Source: an uncultured beta proteobacterium
GTDB taxonomy: Bacteria; Pseudomonadota; Gammaproteobacteria; Burkholderiales; Burkholderiaceae_C
Assembly (NCBI GenBank): GCA_903875275.1
Contig: CAIQVX010000098.1
Location: 762-64,761 of the forward strand
Direction of reading: 5' to 3'
DNA: 64,000 bases
The translations under genes and the position numbers were made by a program. Under the pieces are notes generated by a model, which was not told the DNA's origin, searched no databases, and worked only from the letters and a program-made list of their open reading frames with translations. Of the stretch, positions 1 through 10,048 are shown piece after piece. Within the stretch, counting starts at the first letter, position 1. Every line of letters begins with the position of its first letter.

Positions 1-25
1 AGGCCTGAACTGAAGGGCCCCAACG

Positions 26-1378
26 ATGCTCAATGACAGTCTGGGTAACCAGGTAAGTCTGCACGACGCGGCAAGTCTGGGCGCCGTCAACGACTTTGTT
101 GAAGGCTTTATTTCCTGCGAGGCGCGCGTCGCCAACATCCTGCAGGTCTCCGAGTCGGACCAGAGCCCCCTGGTGCAGGCCTGCTGCGCCGCGCTGCACA
201 TGTTTGCCGAGTCGGCCCAGTGTCCGCGCAATGCCAGGCCCTATATCCAACGCGCACTCAGCAGCCTGAAATTGACCCCCGGTGTCACCCAGCGCGAACA
301 GCGCTTTGTGGCGGCCGTGGCGGCCTGGGTTGACGGCGATATGGCTCAAGCCATCCGCCTGCATCAGGAGCAGGTGCAAGAGCATCCACGCGACCTGGCC
401 TCGCTCAAACTGGGTCAATACCACCTGTTCAACATCGGCAACGCGCCAGGCATGCTCAAGCTTGCGCTGGCAGCGTTACCTGCAGCGCAGGATGTGCCCT
501 ACCTGCACGGCATGGCGGCCTTTGGCTGGGAGCAGTGTCACCTGCTGCGCCAGGCCGAGTTGGCCGCACGCAGGGCCATCGCCATGTGCGAGAAAGAGCC
601 CTGGGCGCAGCATGCGCTGGCGCATGTCATGCTGACGCAGGGTCGGTTGACAGAAGGCCTTGCCTTCATGCAGCAGGTCAGTCCCAACTGGACGGGGCTG
701 AACTCCTTCATGGTCACGCACAACTGGTGGCACCTGGCCGTCTTTGCGCTGGAGCTGGGCCGCAACGACGAGGTGCTGCGCCTTTACGACGAACAGGTCT
801 GGGGTGTTGTCAAGGAGTACTCGCAGGATCAGATTGGTGCGGTTTCGCTGCTGTCCCGACTGGAACTGGCCGGCGTCGATGTGGGTGAGCGCTGGCAGGA
901 CGTGGCAGAGCATCTGCTGGCGCGCCTGAACGACCAGGTCCTGCCCTTTCTGGACATGCAGTACCTCTATGGACTGGCCCGGGCTGGCAGACCCCAGGCA
1001 GACGCTTTGATGGGGCACATCGAAGCCTTCGCAAGCGCCTCACCAGCCCCGGCTCAGGCCGACTCAAGACGCGTCTGGCAAGAAGTTTGCGTGCCGGCAA
1101 GCCGAGGTTTGCTGGCGCACGCCAGGGGCGACTACGCGCTGGCTGCGCAGCAACTCTGCACCGTGCTGCCGCGCCTTCCAGAGATTGGCGGAAGCCACGC
1201 GCAACGCGATTTGTTTGAACAGATCCATCTTGATGCGCTGGTCCGTTCGAATCAGTGGGTCAAAGCCCAGCACCTGGCGCAGCAGCGCGTGAACGGACAG
1301 TCTGAATCGGTCCGGGTCAGGCTGCAGGCGCAACGGATTTACGCCGCGCTCGGGATCGAAGCCGCCACACTTTTTTGA
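26..1378 (+). CDS. Tetratricopeptide-repeat protein (TTC38-like)
   Basis: 450 aa helical ORF with WAQHALAHV, HNWWHLA and C-terminal IGGSHAQRDLF motifs typical of the TTC38-like family. Confidence 0.75.
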   Translation: MLNDSLGNQVSLHDAASLGAVNDFVEGFISCEARVANILQVSESDQSPLVQACCAALHMFAESAQCPRNARPYIQRALSSLKLTPGVTQREQRFVAAVAAWVDGDMAQAIRLHQEQVQEHPRDLASLKLGQYHLFNIGNAPGMLKLALAALPAAQDVPYLHGMAAFGWEQCHLLRQAELAARRAIAMCEKEPWAQHALAHVMLTQGRLTEGLAFMQQVSPNWTGLNSFMVTHNWWHLAVFALELGRNDEVLRLYDEQVWGVVKEYSQDQIGAVSLLSRLELAGVDVGERWQDVAEHLLARLNDQVLPFLDMQYLYGLARAGRPQADALMGHIEAFASASPAPAQADSRRVWQEVCVPASRGLLAHARGDYALAAQQLCTVLPRLPEIGGSHAQRDLFEQIHLDALVRSNQWVKAQHLAQQRVNGQSESVRVRLQAQRIYAALGIEAATLF

Positions 1379-2019
1379 TCGTAGACCGGCTGCGCTGGCA
1401 TGTCGGCGAGGTGCCTGGCGTCAGCCCAGTCGAGGATTTCGATGGCGTCACCTGTGACGCGCACCCGGTTCACAGCGGCATTCGGAATATCGCTCTGACG
1501 CGGACCCGACAGCGGCAGGGCCAGCGCCGTGCGGTAAACCATGTCCAGCACCCCCCCATGCGTCACCACCACCAGCGTCCTGAGCGCGTGCTGGCGCGCC
1601 AGCGCGCGCAGCGCAGCGATCACACGGGCATGAAACTGCTGCGTGCTCTCGCCCCCGGCGAAGGCATGGTCGGCCTCGAACTTGATCCACTTCGCCCAGG
1701 CATCCGGATGCTGCGCCTTGATGTCATCGACCCGCATGCCATCGACCACACCGAAATTCTGCTCGCGCAGACCCGCATCCAGCTTCGTCATGCCCTGTTG
1801 CAATTGCAGGTGGTTCTGGCTGATCGGCAGTGCCGTCTGTTGCGTGCGGGTGAGGTCGCTGCAGACCAGTTCATGGATGGATTCACCTGCCAGACGCAGG
1901 CCCAGACGCCGCGCCTGTTCATGCCCGGTGGCATTCAACGGCACATCCACCTGCCCCTGAAAGCGCAGTTCGCGGTTCCAGTCGGTTTCGCCGTGGCGGA
2001 TCAGAATCAGCTCTGTCAT
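1339..2019 (-). CDS. Histidine phosphatase / phosphoglycerate mutase family protein
   Basis: N-terminal LIRHGETDWN catalytic motif and VVTHGGV motif. Confidence 0.9.
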   Translation of the reverse strand: MTELILIRHGETDWNRELRFQGQVDVPLNATGHEQARRLGLRLAGESIHELVCSDLTRTQQTALPISQNHLQLQQGMTKLDAGLREQNFGVVDGMRVDDIKAQHPDAWAKWIKFEADHAFAGGESTQQFHARVIAALRALARQHALRTLVVVTHGGVLDMVYRTALALPLSGPRQSDIPNAAVNRVRVTGDAIEILDWADARHLADMPAQPVYDQKSVAASIPSAA

Positions 2020-2471
2020 TGCGCGCCATCCGGAGGCGACTCCTGCCCTGACTTGACGATCATGACCGGAACACCAGCTGCATGAAGCACTTCGTTGGAG
2101 ACCGATCCGAGCAAGGCACTGCGCAGCGCGCTGGTGCCGCTGGCGCCCATGACCACCAGATCACAGGCATGGCGTTCCAGAATGTCCACCAGCGTGTGCG
2201 CCGGATCACCCGAGGCTACTTCGCTTTCGCAGTCAAGATCGGCCTCAGCCAGCAGCGCCTGCGCCACCTCCAGCGTGTGGGCACCCGCGCTGGCGCTGAC
2301 GCGTTCGAGCACCTTGGGATCGTGGGCCACCACCAGTTCATAGAGATTCGCCGGTTCCTGGACATTGGCCAGGACGACCCGGGTCTCGAGACCGGAATCC
2401 GCCATGCGGATGACAAAACGCACAGCCTCCAGAGAAACAGCGGAACCATCAACTGGCAGTAATATCTTCAT
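2016..2471 (-). CDS. Universal stress protein (UspA family)
   Basis: MKILLPVDGS start; DLVVMG...LLGSVSNEVL...VPVMIV motif; start taken at ATG 2471. Confidence 0.9.
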   Translation of the reverse strand: MKILLPVDGSAVSLEAVRFVIRMADSGLETRVVLANVQEPANLYELVVAHDPKVLERVSASAGAHTLEVAQALLAEADLDCESEVASGDPAHTLVDILERHACDLVVMGASGTSALRSALLGSVSNEVLHAAGVPVMIVKSGQESPPDGAQ

Positions 2472-2584
2472 TTTCTTGCTCCCGGGCTGGCACGTCACAT
2501 TGAACCGCTCAAGGTTAGACCACTACTTCGCATGGCGTCTTGAGATGGCTCAATATACGCCAGTCTTCCAAAGGAACTTTTTGC

Positions 2585-3292
2585 ATGACCCAACTTGTCT
2601 TTCTTCCCGGCCTGGCTGCCGACGCCGTGATGTGGGAACATCAGCTCGCGGTAGCTCCAAAGCAGTTCAGTCCGGTCGTCAGCGACGTGCATGCGCGCCA
2701 CGCCAGTCTGCATGACATGGCAGCCTGCCTGTTGCTGGAGCATGCAGAAGATCTGATTCTCTGTGGCGCGTCCATGGGCGGCATGCTTGCCATGGAGATC
2801 GTGCGTCAGGCTCCACAGCGCGTGCGGGCTCTGGCGCTGCTTGGCACCAGTGCCAGGCCAGAGACCGACGCCATGCGCGCACTGCGCGAGTCAGCCATCA
2901 CCCTGTTTGCACAGGGTCGTGCGCTCGAGGTCCTGGAGGCCAATCTGCAGTTTGCCTTTCACCCGAGCCGTTCGAAGGACCTGAGCCTGCGACAGCGCTA
3001 CCTTGACTTCGTGCTGCGCGCCGGAGCGCAGCAACTGATACGGCAAAACCGGGCTCTGATGGCCCGAGCTGACGCCCGGCTTCATCTGGGCACGGTTGCC
3101 TGCCCGACCCTGGTGATGTGCGGCGATTCAGACCAGCTCACACCGCCAGAATGTTCGCTCGAAATTGCGCAATTGATCAAGGGGGCCGAGTTCACGCTCG
3201 TGCCAGATTGCGGCCACATGCTGACCATGGAGAGGCCGGCCGAAGTGAATTCTGTCCTGCTGAAATGGCTGTCGCAACAGTGCCGGGGCTGA
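2585..3292 (+). CDS. Alpha/beta fold hydrolase
   Basis: GASMGG nucleophile elbow, GDSD acid region, CGHM catalytic His; start taken at ATG 2585. Confidence 0.85.
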   Translation: MTQLVFLPGLAADAVMWEHQLAVAPKQFSPVVSDVHARHASLHDMAACLLLEHAEDLILCGASMGGMLAMEIVRQAPQRVRALALLGTSARPETDAMRALRESAITLFAQGRALEVLEANLQFAFHPSRSKDLSLRQRYLDFVLRAGAQQLIRQNRALMARADARLHLGTVACPTLVMCGDSDQLTPPECSLEIAQLIKGAEFTLVPDCGHMLTMERPAEVNSVLLKWLSQQCRG

Positions 3293-3793
3293 CTACTCGC
3301 GTGACAGCATGTGCACCTTTTCGATCAACCTTTCGTTGACGACACCGGAGACAAACTTGTTGACTTCGCCGCCCAGCGAAGCAATTTCACGGACGAATGT
3401 GCTGGAGATGAACTGGTAGCGGTCGCTGGGTGTGAGAAAGACTGTTTCCACGTGCGGCATCAAACTGCGGTTCATGCCTGCCAACTGGAACTCGTAGTCA
3501 AAGTCTGTCACGGCGCGCAGGCCACGCACCATCGCCTTGGCGCCGCGCGCCACCACGAAGTCGCGTAGCAGCCCTGAAAAACTCTCCACCTCCACCTGCG
3601 GATACGCCTTGACCACCTCGCGCGCCATGTCGATGCGCTCCTGCAAGGAAAACATGGCTTTCTTGTGATGTCCGGCGGCGACCGCCAGGATCACACGGTC
3701 AAACAACTGGGTCGCCCGACGCACCACATCCTCGTGGCCTAGGGTAATCGGGTCAAAGGTCCCTGGATAAACTGCAATCACGTTGGCCACCAT
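3293..3793 (-). CDS. coaD: Pantetheine-phosphate adenylyltransferase
   Basis: [36 protein letters not shown] motifs. Confidence 0.97.
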   Translation of the reverse strand: MVANVIAVYPGTFDPITLGHEDVVRRATQLFDRVILAVAAGHHKKAMFSLQERIDMAREVVKAYPQVEVESFSGLLRDFVVARGAKAMVRGLRAVTDFDYEFQLAGMNRSLMPHVETVFLTPSDRYQFISSTFVREIASLGGEVNKFVSGVVNERLIEKVHMLSRE

Positions 3794-3825
3794 CGTCTTC
3801 CTGTAGGTCGGTTAAGGGCGAAGCC

Positions 3826-4467
3826 TTATTCACTAATTCTTCCCTGACTACTCTCCTGCATTGCATTATGCAGTGTGCCGCCGTGCGGCAGCAGCGAACG
3901 CAGCAGATGCGCGTGCACGGCACCCGCCTTCAAGTGCCGGTACACCTTCAGCCCAAAGACTTCCAGTGATTCATCTGTCCACAGGGTTGGTGCTTCCAGG
4001 TAGACAAAACCATCCGCCCTCAGAGCGGGCGCGGCGGCTCGCAGCGCCGCCTCAAACAGCGCCGACTCAAAGGGGGGGTCCAGAAACACGGCGTCCATGC
4101 TCGCAGCGGCCAGCCCGCGCAACGCCGCCACGCCGTCGCCCCGGACAAGCTGCACAGCCTGGGCCTGCAACTTTGTCTGCACGCGGCGCAATTGCTCGAT
4201 CAGGGCTGAGTCATGCTCCACAAGCAACACGTCCCGGGCACCCCGGGATGCAGCCTCAAACCCAAGCGCGCCCGTGCCGGCAAAGGCGTCAATACAACGC
4301 CAACCCGTCAAGTCCTGACCCAGCCAGTTGAACAGCGTTTCACGCACCCGGTCTGGCGTTGGGCGCAAGCCGGGCCTGTCCGCGACCACCAGCTTGCTGC
4401 GTTTCCACTGGCCACCAATGATGCGCAGTTCATGACTTGGCCTGACTGGTGACTTTTGGGGCTTCAT
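3826..4467 (-). CDS. rsmD: 16S rRNA m2G966 methyltransferase
   Basis: LRIIGG, RPTPDRVRETLFNWL, DAFAGTGALG, FLDPPF; usual rsmD-coaD order. Confidence 0.95.
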   Translation of the reverse strand: MKPQKSPVRPSHELRIIGGQWKRSKLVVADRPGLRPTPDRVRETLFNWLGQDLTGWRCIDAFAGTGALGFEAASRGARDVLLVEHDSALIEQLRRVQTKLQAQAVQLVRGDGVAALRGLAAASMDAVFLDPPFESALFEAALRAAAPALRADGFVYLEAPTLWTDESLEVFGLKVYRHLKAGAVHAHLLRSLLPHGGTLHNAMQESSQGRISE

Positions 4468-4558
4468 GGTGCATCGATCTTACCCTGCACGGCTTGCGCA
4501 GCACACGCGCAAGGTCTATGCTCACGCTGCGTTCAGCCCATCCCATCAGGAGTGCACC

Positions 4559-4996
4559 ATGTACAAACGAATATTGCTCGCTTACGACGGCTCCGAAAGC
4601 GGTCAAAAGGCCTTGCTCGACTGCCAGGATCTGGCGCAGTGGTCACACTCCGAGCTGACGCTGGTGGCGGTGATGCCCTTGAACATGGACGTGATGGGCA
4701 TGGGGGTGGGCGTGTACGACCCGCAACTGATGGAGCGCGAAAAACAGGCGTTGCAAGCCGTGCTGGACGAAGGCATGCGCAGGTTGCGCGAAGCCGGCCA
4801 CAGCGCCAGCGGCGAAGTGCTGGTCGGTGAAACCGTCGACGAGATCACCAAATATGCACGCAAGATTTCGGCTGACCTGCTGGTGGTCGGCCACCGCCAC
4901 CTTGACAGTTGGGCGGCGCGCTGGTGGCGCGGTTCGATTTCCAAGACCCTGATTGAACACTCACCTTGCAGTGTGCTGGTGGCCATCACGCACTGA
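4559..4996 (+). CDS. Universal stress protein (UspA family)
   Basis: MYKRILLAYDGS; DLLVVG...GSISKTLI...PCSVLV; AGGAG RBS before ATG 4559. Confidence 0.9.
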   Translation: MYKRILLAYDGSESGQKALLDCQDLAQWSHSELTLVAVMPLNMDVMGMGVGVYDPQLMEREKQALQAVLDEGMRRLREAGHSASGEVLVGETVDEITKYARKISADLLVVGHRHLDSWAARWWRGSISKTLIEHSPCSVLVAITH

Positions 4997-5091
4997 GCCG
5001 ACAATTCATGGCGTCTGTCAGTCTACGCCGCTGCAGAAATGGCCGATCCCGGAGCGTTTCATAGAATGGGGCGATTCCAACAAGTCGCGTC

Positions 5092-6072
5092 ATGTTCAGT
5101 TTTTTCAAAAAGAAGCCCTCCCCCAGTCCCACACCCGCGCCAGCGCCCGAGGCCGACCGCCCTGCCGAGCCCGCCAGAACGGGCTGGCTGGTCAAACTGA
5201 AGGCGGGGTTGCGCAAGACCGGTTCCAGCATCGCGACCGTCTTCACTGGCACCCGCATTGATGATGCACTGTACGAAGACCTGGAGGCCGCATTGCTGAT
5301 GGCCGACACGGGTGTGAAAGCCACGCAATACCTGCTGGAAGACCTGAAGAAGCGGGTCAAGGAGAGCAAGAGCACAGACCCCGCTGCCGTCAAGGGACTT
5401 CTGGCAGAGTCGATTACCAGCCTGTTGCAGGCGCTGGAAAAGCCGCTGGTGATCGGTCAGTACAAGCCGACCGTGATCATGGTGACCGGTGTCAACGGTG
5501 CCGGAAAGACCACATCCATAGGCAAGCTGACCCGCCATCTGAGTGACCGCGGCGCCAGTGTGTTGCTGGCAGCCGCCGACACCTTCCGGGCTGCAGCGCG
5601 GGAACAACTTGGCGTCTGGGCCGAGCGCAGCACCGTGGAAATCATCAGCCAACAGGGTGGCGATCCGGCGGCAGTCAGTTTTGATGCGGTCAGCGCCGGC
5701 AAAGCCAGAGGCAAGGACGTGGTGCTGGTTGACACCGCCGGGCGCTTGCCAACCCAACTGCATCTGATGGAAGAACTGCGAAAAATCAAACGGGTGGTAC
5801 AAAAAGCCGATGCGACAGCGCCGCACGAAATCCTGCTGGTGATCGACGGCAATACCGGACAAAACGCGCTGAGCCAGGTCAAGGCGTTTGACGATGCCCT
5901 GCAACTCAGTGGTCTCATCATTACCAAGCTCGACGGCACCGCCAAAGGCGGCGTCCTGGCCGCGATCGCCCGGGAGCGACCGCTACCGGTCTACTTCATC
6001 GGCGTTGGCGAGAAACTCGAAGACCTGGAGACCTTCAACGCCCGCGAGTTTGCGCAGGCGTTGCTGTCCTGA
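5092..6072 (+). CDS. ftsY: Signal recognition particle receptor FtsY
   Basis: GVNGAGKTT, DTFRAAA, DTAGRL, TKLDGTAKGG motifs. Confidence 0.97.
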   Translation: MFSFFKKKPSPSPTPAPAPEADRPAEPARTGWLVKLKAGLRKTGSSIATVFTGTRIDDALYEDLEAALLMADTGVKATQYLLEDLKKRVKESKSTDPAAVKGLLAESITSLLQALEKPLVIGQYKPTVIMVTGVNGAGKTTSIGKLTRHLSDRGASVLLAAADTFRAAAREQLGVWAERSTVEIISQQGGDPAAVSFDAVSAGKARGKDVVLVDTAGRLPTQLHLMEELRKIKRVVQKADATAPHEILLVIDGNTGQNALSQVKAFDDALQLSGLIITKLDGTAKGGVLAAIARERPLPVYFIGVGEKLEDLETFNAREFAQALLS

Positions 6073-6078
6073 AGCGCC

Positions 6079-6681
6079 TTACTTGCTGGCGGCTTTGGCA
6101 GGTGGCTTGGCGGCTTTGGGCGCAGTCGCGGCTGGCGCGGGTGATGCTGATGCAGGTATTGCCTGGGCCAGGCGCTTGCCGATGGCCTGCTCAAGCGCCT
6201 TGACCTTGGGCTCGACCGCACTCTGCGTTTCAGCGACCAACTTGTCGATCAGCGCGTTTTGCATCTCGCCGCCGAGTTGCAGGAACTTGCGGTTCACCGG
6301 CGACTCGATGATCGCAATCAGCTGTTTGAGTTCGTCCTCACTGAACTTTTCTTCCAGCAGGGCCCCCACCGTCGATGGCGCGAGTTTGACCGCACGCTCG
6401 CGCACCATCGGCACGGCCTCGTCTGCATACTTTTTCGCTTCCGCCTGAATCTCTTTGGCGACGGCTTCGCGCTTGTCAGCTGGGACCTGCGACTGCAAGG
6501 CCATGCCAGCCTGCTGCAACATCTGCAAAGCGGGCCGCTCGGCCAGCGCCTGCGCTGCCTGCTCAATGGCGGGTTGTTGCAGAAGCAGGACCTTGGCCAC
6601 GAGGTCCTTTTTTGTAGACGCAGTCTGCGCCTGCACGCCAGCGGCCAGCACCAGAAACGACACCATCATCCATTTTTTCAT
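6079..6681 (-). CDS. Exported DUF2059-like protein
   Basis: Signal peptide (AAGVQA), EEKFSEDELKQLIAIIESPV segment typical of DUF2059, Ala/Pro/Lys-rich tail. Confidence 0.65.
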   Translation of the reverse strand: MKKWMMVSFLVLAAGVQAQTASTKKDLVAKVLLLQQPAIEQAAQALAERPALQMLQQAGMALQSQVPADKREAVAKEIQAEAKKYADEAVPMVRERAVKLAPSTVGALLEEKFSEDELKQLIAIIESPVNRKFLQLGGEMQNALIDKLVAETQSAVEPKVKALEQAIGKRLAQAIPASASPAPAATAPKAAKPPAKAASK

Positions 6682-6795
6682 TGCAAACTTTCCTGAAAGA
6701 ACACAAAATAATCAGTCAGCCCCGGACCCGACCAAGGGTCCATTATCAACCAGCCCGCAATTGACCATGCCCCACAAGAACCGCGCCGTGCCATC

Positions 6796-7857
6796 ATGAA
6801 GAAGGTATTGCTGTTGGGATCTGGTCAGTCGCATGTCGACTTGCTCTCGACATTGGCCGCAACACCGCTGATCGACACGCAACTGACCCTGATTGCCCCC
6901 TACCCCCTGCACCTGTACTCTGGCATGGTACCGGGATTCGTGGCCGGACAGCATGCCCTGGAGGCCTGCCTGATCGGGCTGGAGCCCCTGCTTAAGCAGT
7001 CGGGTGTTCGCTGGCACACGGGCTCGGCTGTGGCTCTGGACATGGAGTCGGGGACTGTGCGCCTGGGCGATGGCAGCACCTTCGAATTTGACTGGCTTTC
7101 CATCGACGCAGGGGTCGTGCAGGACCGCCATCACATCGAGAGCACGCTGCCCGGTGCGCGCGAGCACGGCCTTTTTGTGCGTCCGCTGGAAGCCTTTTGC
7201 GCTTTGTGGCCCAAGATGGTCGAGATGGCAGCAAACCGGCCCCTGCGTATTGCTGTGCTTGGCGGCGGTGTCACCGCCATCGAGTTGGCGCTCGCCATCC
7301 GGCAACGGCTTGCCGAGTCCTCGGTAACCCTTGTTGCAGATCAGCACACTTTCGGCAGCGGCCTGCCGGCGGGAGCACAGCCGTGGGTGCTCAGTGCCTT
7401 GCGGCGACATCAGATCACGCTGTTGTCTGACACTGCGACGACGGTGGAGGCACAGCAGGTGCTGCTCGCCAGTGGTGCCCGCCTCGCCTGTGACGCGCCG
7501 GTCATTGCTCTCGGTGAGCAGGCACCCGCCTGGCTTGGCCACAGTGGGCTGGCGCTGAACCCGCAGGGCAGGATAGCCACCGACGGATTCGGGCGTTCCA
7601 CCAGCCACGCCCATGTCTTTGCCAGTAGCGAGATCACCTCACGCGCACAACCCGCCCTGACCGCCAATCTGTTGGCAGCGCTGGCCGGATTGCCTCAGAC
7701 CCGGCCAACATCCCAGCCCAACACGCTCCACTTTCTCTCCTACGGTGATCGCCGTGCAAGGGTTAGCTGGCGCGGCCTCTCAGCCACGGGACACTGGGTC
7801 TGGTGGTTGCGCAACTGGCTGGAAAGGCGCCACCTCCAGCGCTACAGCCGGGACTGA
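6796..7857 (+). CDS. Pyridine nucleotide-disulfide oxidoreductase family protein (similar to the domain found N-terminal to SelD in fusions)
   Basis: YSGMVPG motif, VLGGGVTAIELALA second Rossmann motif, C-terminal WVWWLRNWLERR; adjacent to selD. Confidence 0.75.
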   Translation: MKKVLLLGSGQSHVDLLSTLAATPLIDTQLTLIAPYPLHLYSGMVPGFVAGQHALEACLIGLEPLLKQSGVRWHTGSAVALDMESGTVRLGDGSTFEFDWLSIDAGVVQDRHHIESTLPGAREHGLFVRPLEAFCALWPKMVEMAANRPLRIAVLGGGVTAIELALAIRQRLAESSVTLVADQHTFGSGLPAGAQPWVLSALRRHQITLLSDTATTVEAQQVLLASGARLACDAPVIALGEQAPAWLGHSGLALNPQGRIATDGFGRSTSHAHVFASSEITSRAQPALTANLLAALAGLPQTRPTSQPNTLHFLSYGDRRARVSWRGLSATGHWVWWLRNWLERRHLQRYSRD

Positions 7858-8933
7858 ACCCTCAGCTTGCCCACGAGAGGGCCTGCTTCAACCCGACCGA
7901 TCTGGCTCGCCGCCCAGAAGCCGTGGCGCTGGAAGATTTCCAGCACGGCGCCGACCGCCGCCGGCGCACAGGAGACGAGCAGGCCGCCGCTGGTTTGCGG
8001 ATCGCTCAACAGGTCCTGATCGACCCTGGCAAAGCCCGCCGGCAATTCGACGTCCTTGCCGTAAGCTGCCCAATTGCGCCCGGAGGCTCCCGTCACCATG
8101 CCCTGCAGGGCCAGTTCCCGCACACCAGGCAGGAGCGGTACGCTGGGCCAGTCAATCTCAACCGTGCAGGTGGCCCCACGCGCCAGTTCCAGCGCATGGC
8201 CGGCCAGGCCGAAACCCGTCACATCGGTCAGCGCATGCACGCCGGGCAAGGCCGCCAGTTCCGGCCCTGGCGTGTTGAGCTGCGTGGTCACGCTGATCAT
8301 CCGGGCGTAGCCCGCGGCATCGAGCTTTTCCTTCTTGAGCGCTGCTGACAGAATGCCAACGCCCAGAGGCTTGCCCAGAATCAGCTTGTCACCTGGCCTG
8401 GCATCGGCATTGCGCTTGACCAGACTGGGGTGCACCAGGCCCAGAGCCACCAGCCCATAAATCGGCTCCACCGAGTCAATCGTGTGGCCGCCGGCAATCG
8501 GAATTCCGGCGGCGCGACAGACGCTGGCGCCGCCTTCCAGGATCAGGCCTATGGTCCGGGTTGACAGTACATTGATAGGCATGCCAACCAACGCCAACGC
8601 CAGGATCGGCTTGCCGCCCATGGCGTAAACGTCCGAAATCGCGTTGGTGGCGGCAATTCGACCGAAATCGAAGGGGTCGTCCACGATGGGCATGAAGAAG
8701 TCCGTGGTCGCAATCAGCGCCTGCTCGTCGTTGAGTTGGTACACAGCCGCATCGTCCGAGGTCTCGATGCCGACCAGCAATTCCCTGGGCAGCGGCATTG
8801 CGCTGACGTTCTTCAGGATGTCTGACAGCACGCCGGGGGCAATCTTGCAGCCACAGCCACCGCCGTGGGACAGACTGGTCAGGCGCGGCTCTGGAACTGC
8901 CGCGCCAGGGGAGTTTGGGTTTGAAGAGGTCAT
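7842..8933 (-). CDS. selD: Selenide, water dikinase (Cys-type)
   Basis: SHGGGCGCK, DDAAVY, TTDFFMP, SDVYAMGG, DVTGFGL, DPQTSGGLL; start taken at ATG 8933. Confidence 0.96.
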   Translation of the reverse strand: MTSSNPNSPGAAVPEPRLTSLSHGGGCGCKIAPGVLSDILKNVSAMPLPRELLVGIETSDDAAVYQLNDEQALIATTDFFMPIVDDPFDFGRIAATNAISDVYAMGGKPILALALVGMPINVLSTRTIGLILEGGASVCRAAGIPIAGGHTIDSVEPIYGLVALGLVHPSLVKRNADARPGDKLILGKPLGVGILSAALKKEKLDAAGYARMISVTTQLNTPGPELAALPGVHALTDVTGFGLAGHALELARGATCTVEIDWPSVPLLPGVRELALQGMVTGASGRNWAAYGKDVELPAGFARVDQDLLSDPQTSGGLLVSCAPAAVGAVLEIFQRHGFWAASQIGRVEAGPLVGKLRVQSRL

Positions 8934-8949
8934 GGTCCGGCTATTTTCC

Positions 8950-8977
8950 CTTGAAATACCCTGCCGGCACTCCATTT
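8950..8977 (+). promoter_or_regulatory. Sigma-32 type promoter upstream of rpoH
   Basis: CTTGAAA (8950-8956), 13 nt spacer, CTCCATTT (8970-8977); resembles the CTTGAA-N13/17-CCCCATnT consensus. Confidence 0.7.
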
Positions 8978-9008
8978 TGAGGACTATCGCTTCGATTGAA
9001 CCCTTCAA

Positions 9009-9035
9009 TTAGCACTCGATCGAAGAGAGTGCTAA
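9009..9035. promoter_or_regulatory. CIRCE element (HrcA operator)
   Basis: Exact TTAGCACTC-N9-GAGTGCTAA directly upstream of rpoH. Confidence 0.95.
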
Positions 9036-9066
9036 TATGGAGGCTATGAAAAAAAGGAGGTCAGGT

Positions 9067-10008
9067 ATGGCTCATCCCACTGGAGTTTCAGGTTCCGCAT
9101 TGACACTGGCCAACCCGTGGGCCGTGGTGCCCGCGCTGGGCAACCTTGATGCTTACATCTCGACAGCGAACCGTCTGCCCATGCTGACGCTCGAGCAGGA
9201 GCAGGAGTTCTCACGCAAGTACCGGCAGGACAACGATCTGGACGCAGCCGGGAAGCTGGTGCTGTCCCACTTGCGCCTGGTGGTGTCGATTTCGCGCCAG
9301 TACCTTGGCTACGGACTGCCCCACGGCGACCTGATTCAGGAAGGCAACGTGGGCCTGATGAAGGCCGTCAAGCGCTTTGACCCGGACCAGGGTGTCCGGT
9401 TGGTGAGTTACGCCATGCACTGGATCAAGGCCGAGATTCACGAGTACATTCTGAAGAACTGGCGCATGGTCAAGGTCGCTACGACCAAGGCCCAGCGCAA
9501 GCTGTTTTTCAACCTGCGCTCTATGAAGCAGCGCTACAAATCCGATGATGCGGCAGCCGACAACGGCACCCACCGCGAAACTTTGAGCGATGAGCAGATT
9601 GAGGCCATGGCGGCCGAGCTCAACGTCAAACGCGAAGAAGTCATCGAGATGGAAACCCGCCTTGCGGGCGGAGATGTTCTGCTCGATCCGAGCCCGTCAG
9701 ACGAGGGCGAGGTTGCCTTCGGCCCGATTGCGTATTTGACCGATACCCGGCACGAACCGACTGCCATGATTGAGGCGCACGAGCGTGACATTCTGGCCAG
9801 CGACGGCATCGCCACCGCGCTGCAGGCGCTCGATGAGCGCAGCCGGCGCATTGTTGAGGAACGCTGGCTCAAGGTCAACGACGACAATTCAGGCGGCATG
9901 ACGCTGCATGAGTTGGCGGCTGAATACGGTGTCAGCGCCGAGCGCATTCGACAGATCGAAGTGGCGGCGATGAAGAAAATGAAGAAGACACTCACCGAGT
10001 ACGCATAA
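9067..10008 (+). CDS. rpoH: RNA polymerase sigma factor RpoH (sigma-32)
   Basis: DLIQEGNVGLMKAV region 2, RpoH box QRKLFFNLR, C-terminal HTH; AGGAGG RBS (9055-9060) favours ATG 9067. Confidence 0.97.
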   Translation: MAHPTGVSGSALTLANPWAVVPALGNLDAYISTANRLPMLTLEQEQEFSRKYRQDNDLDAAGKLVLSHLRLVVSISRQYLGYGLPHGDLIQEGNVGLMKAVKRFDPDQGVRLVSYAMHWIKAEIHEYILKNWRMVKVATTKAQRKLFFNLRSMKQRYKSDDAAADNGTHRETLSDEQIEAMAAELNVKREEVIEMETRLAGGDVLLDPSPSDEGEVAFGPIAYLTDTRHEPTAMIEAHERDILASDGIATALQALDERSRRIVEERWLKVNDDNSGGMTLHELAAEYGVSAERIRQIEVAAMKKMKKTLTEYA

Positions 10009-10048
10009 CGCCGCAATCTGCGGCCGGGTGAGCCGGTTGAGGATGGCC

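Noticed and set aside
8850-8880. Possible selenocysteine (UGA) in SelD
   Set aside because: The active-site motif is read through as GGGCGCK with Cys codons; no in-frame UGA
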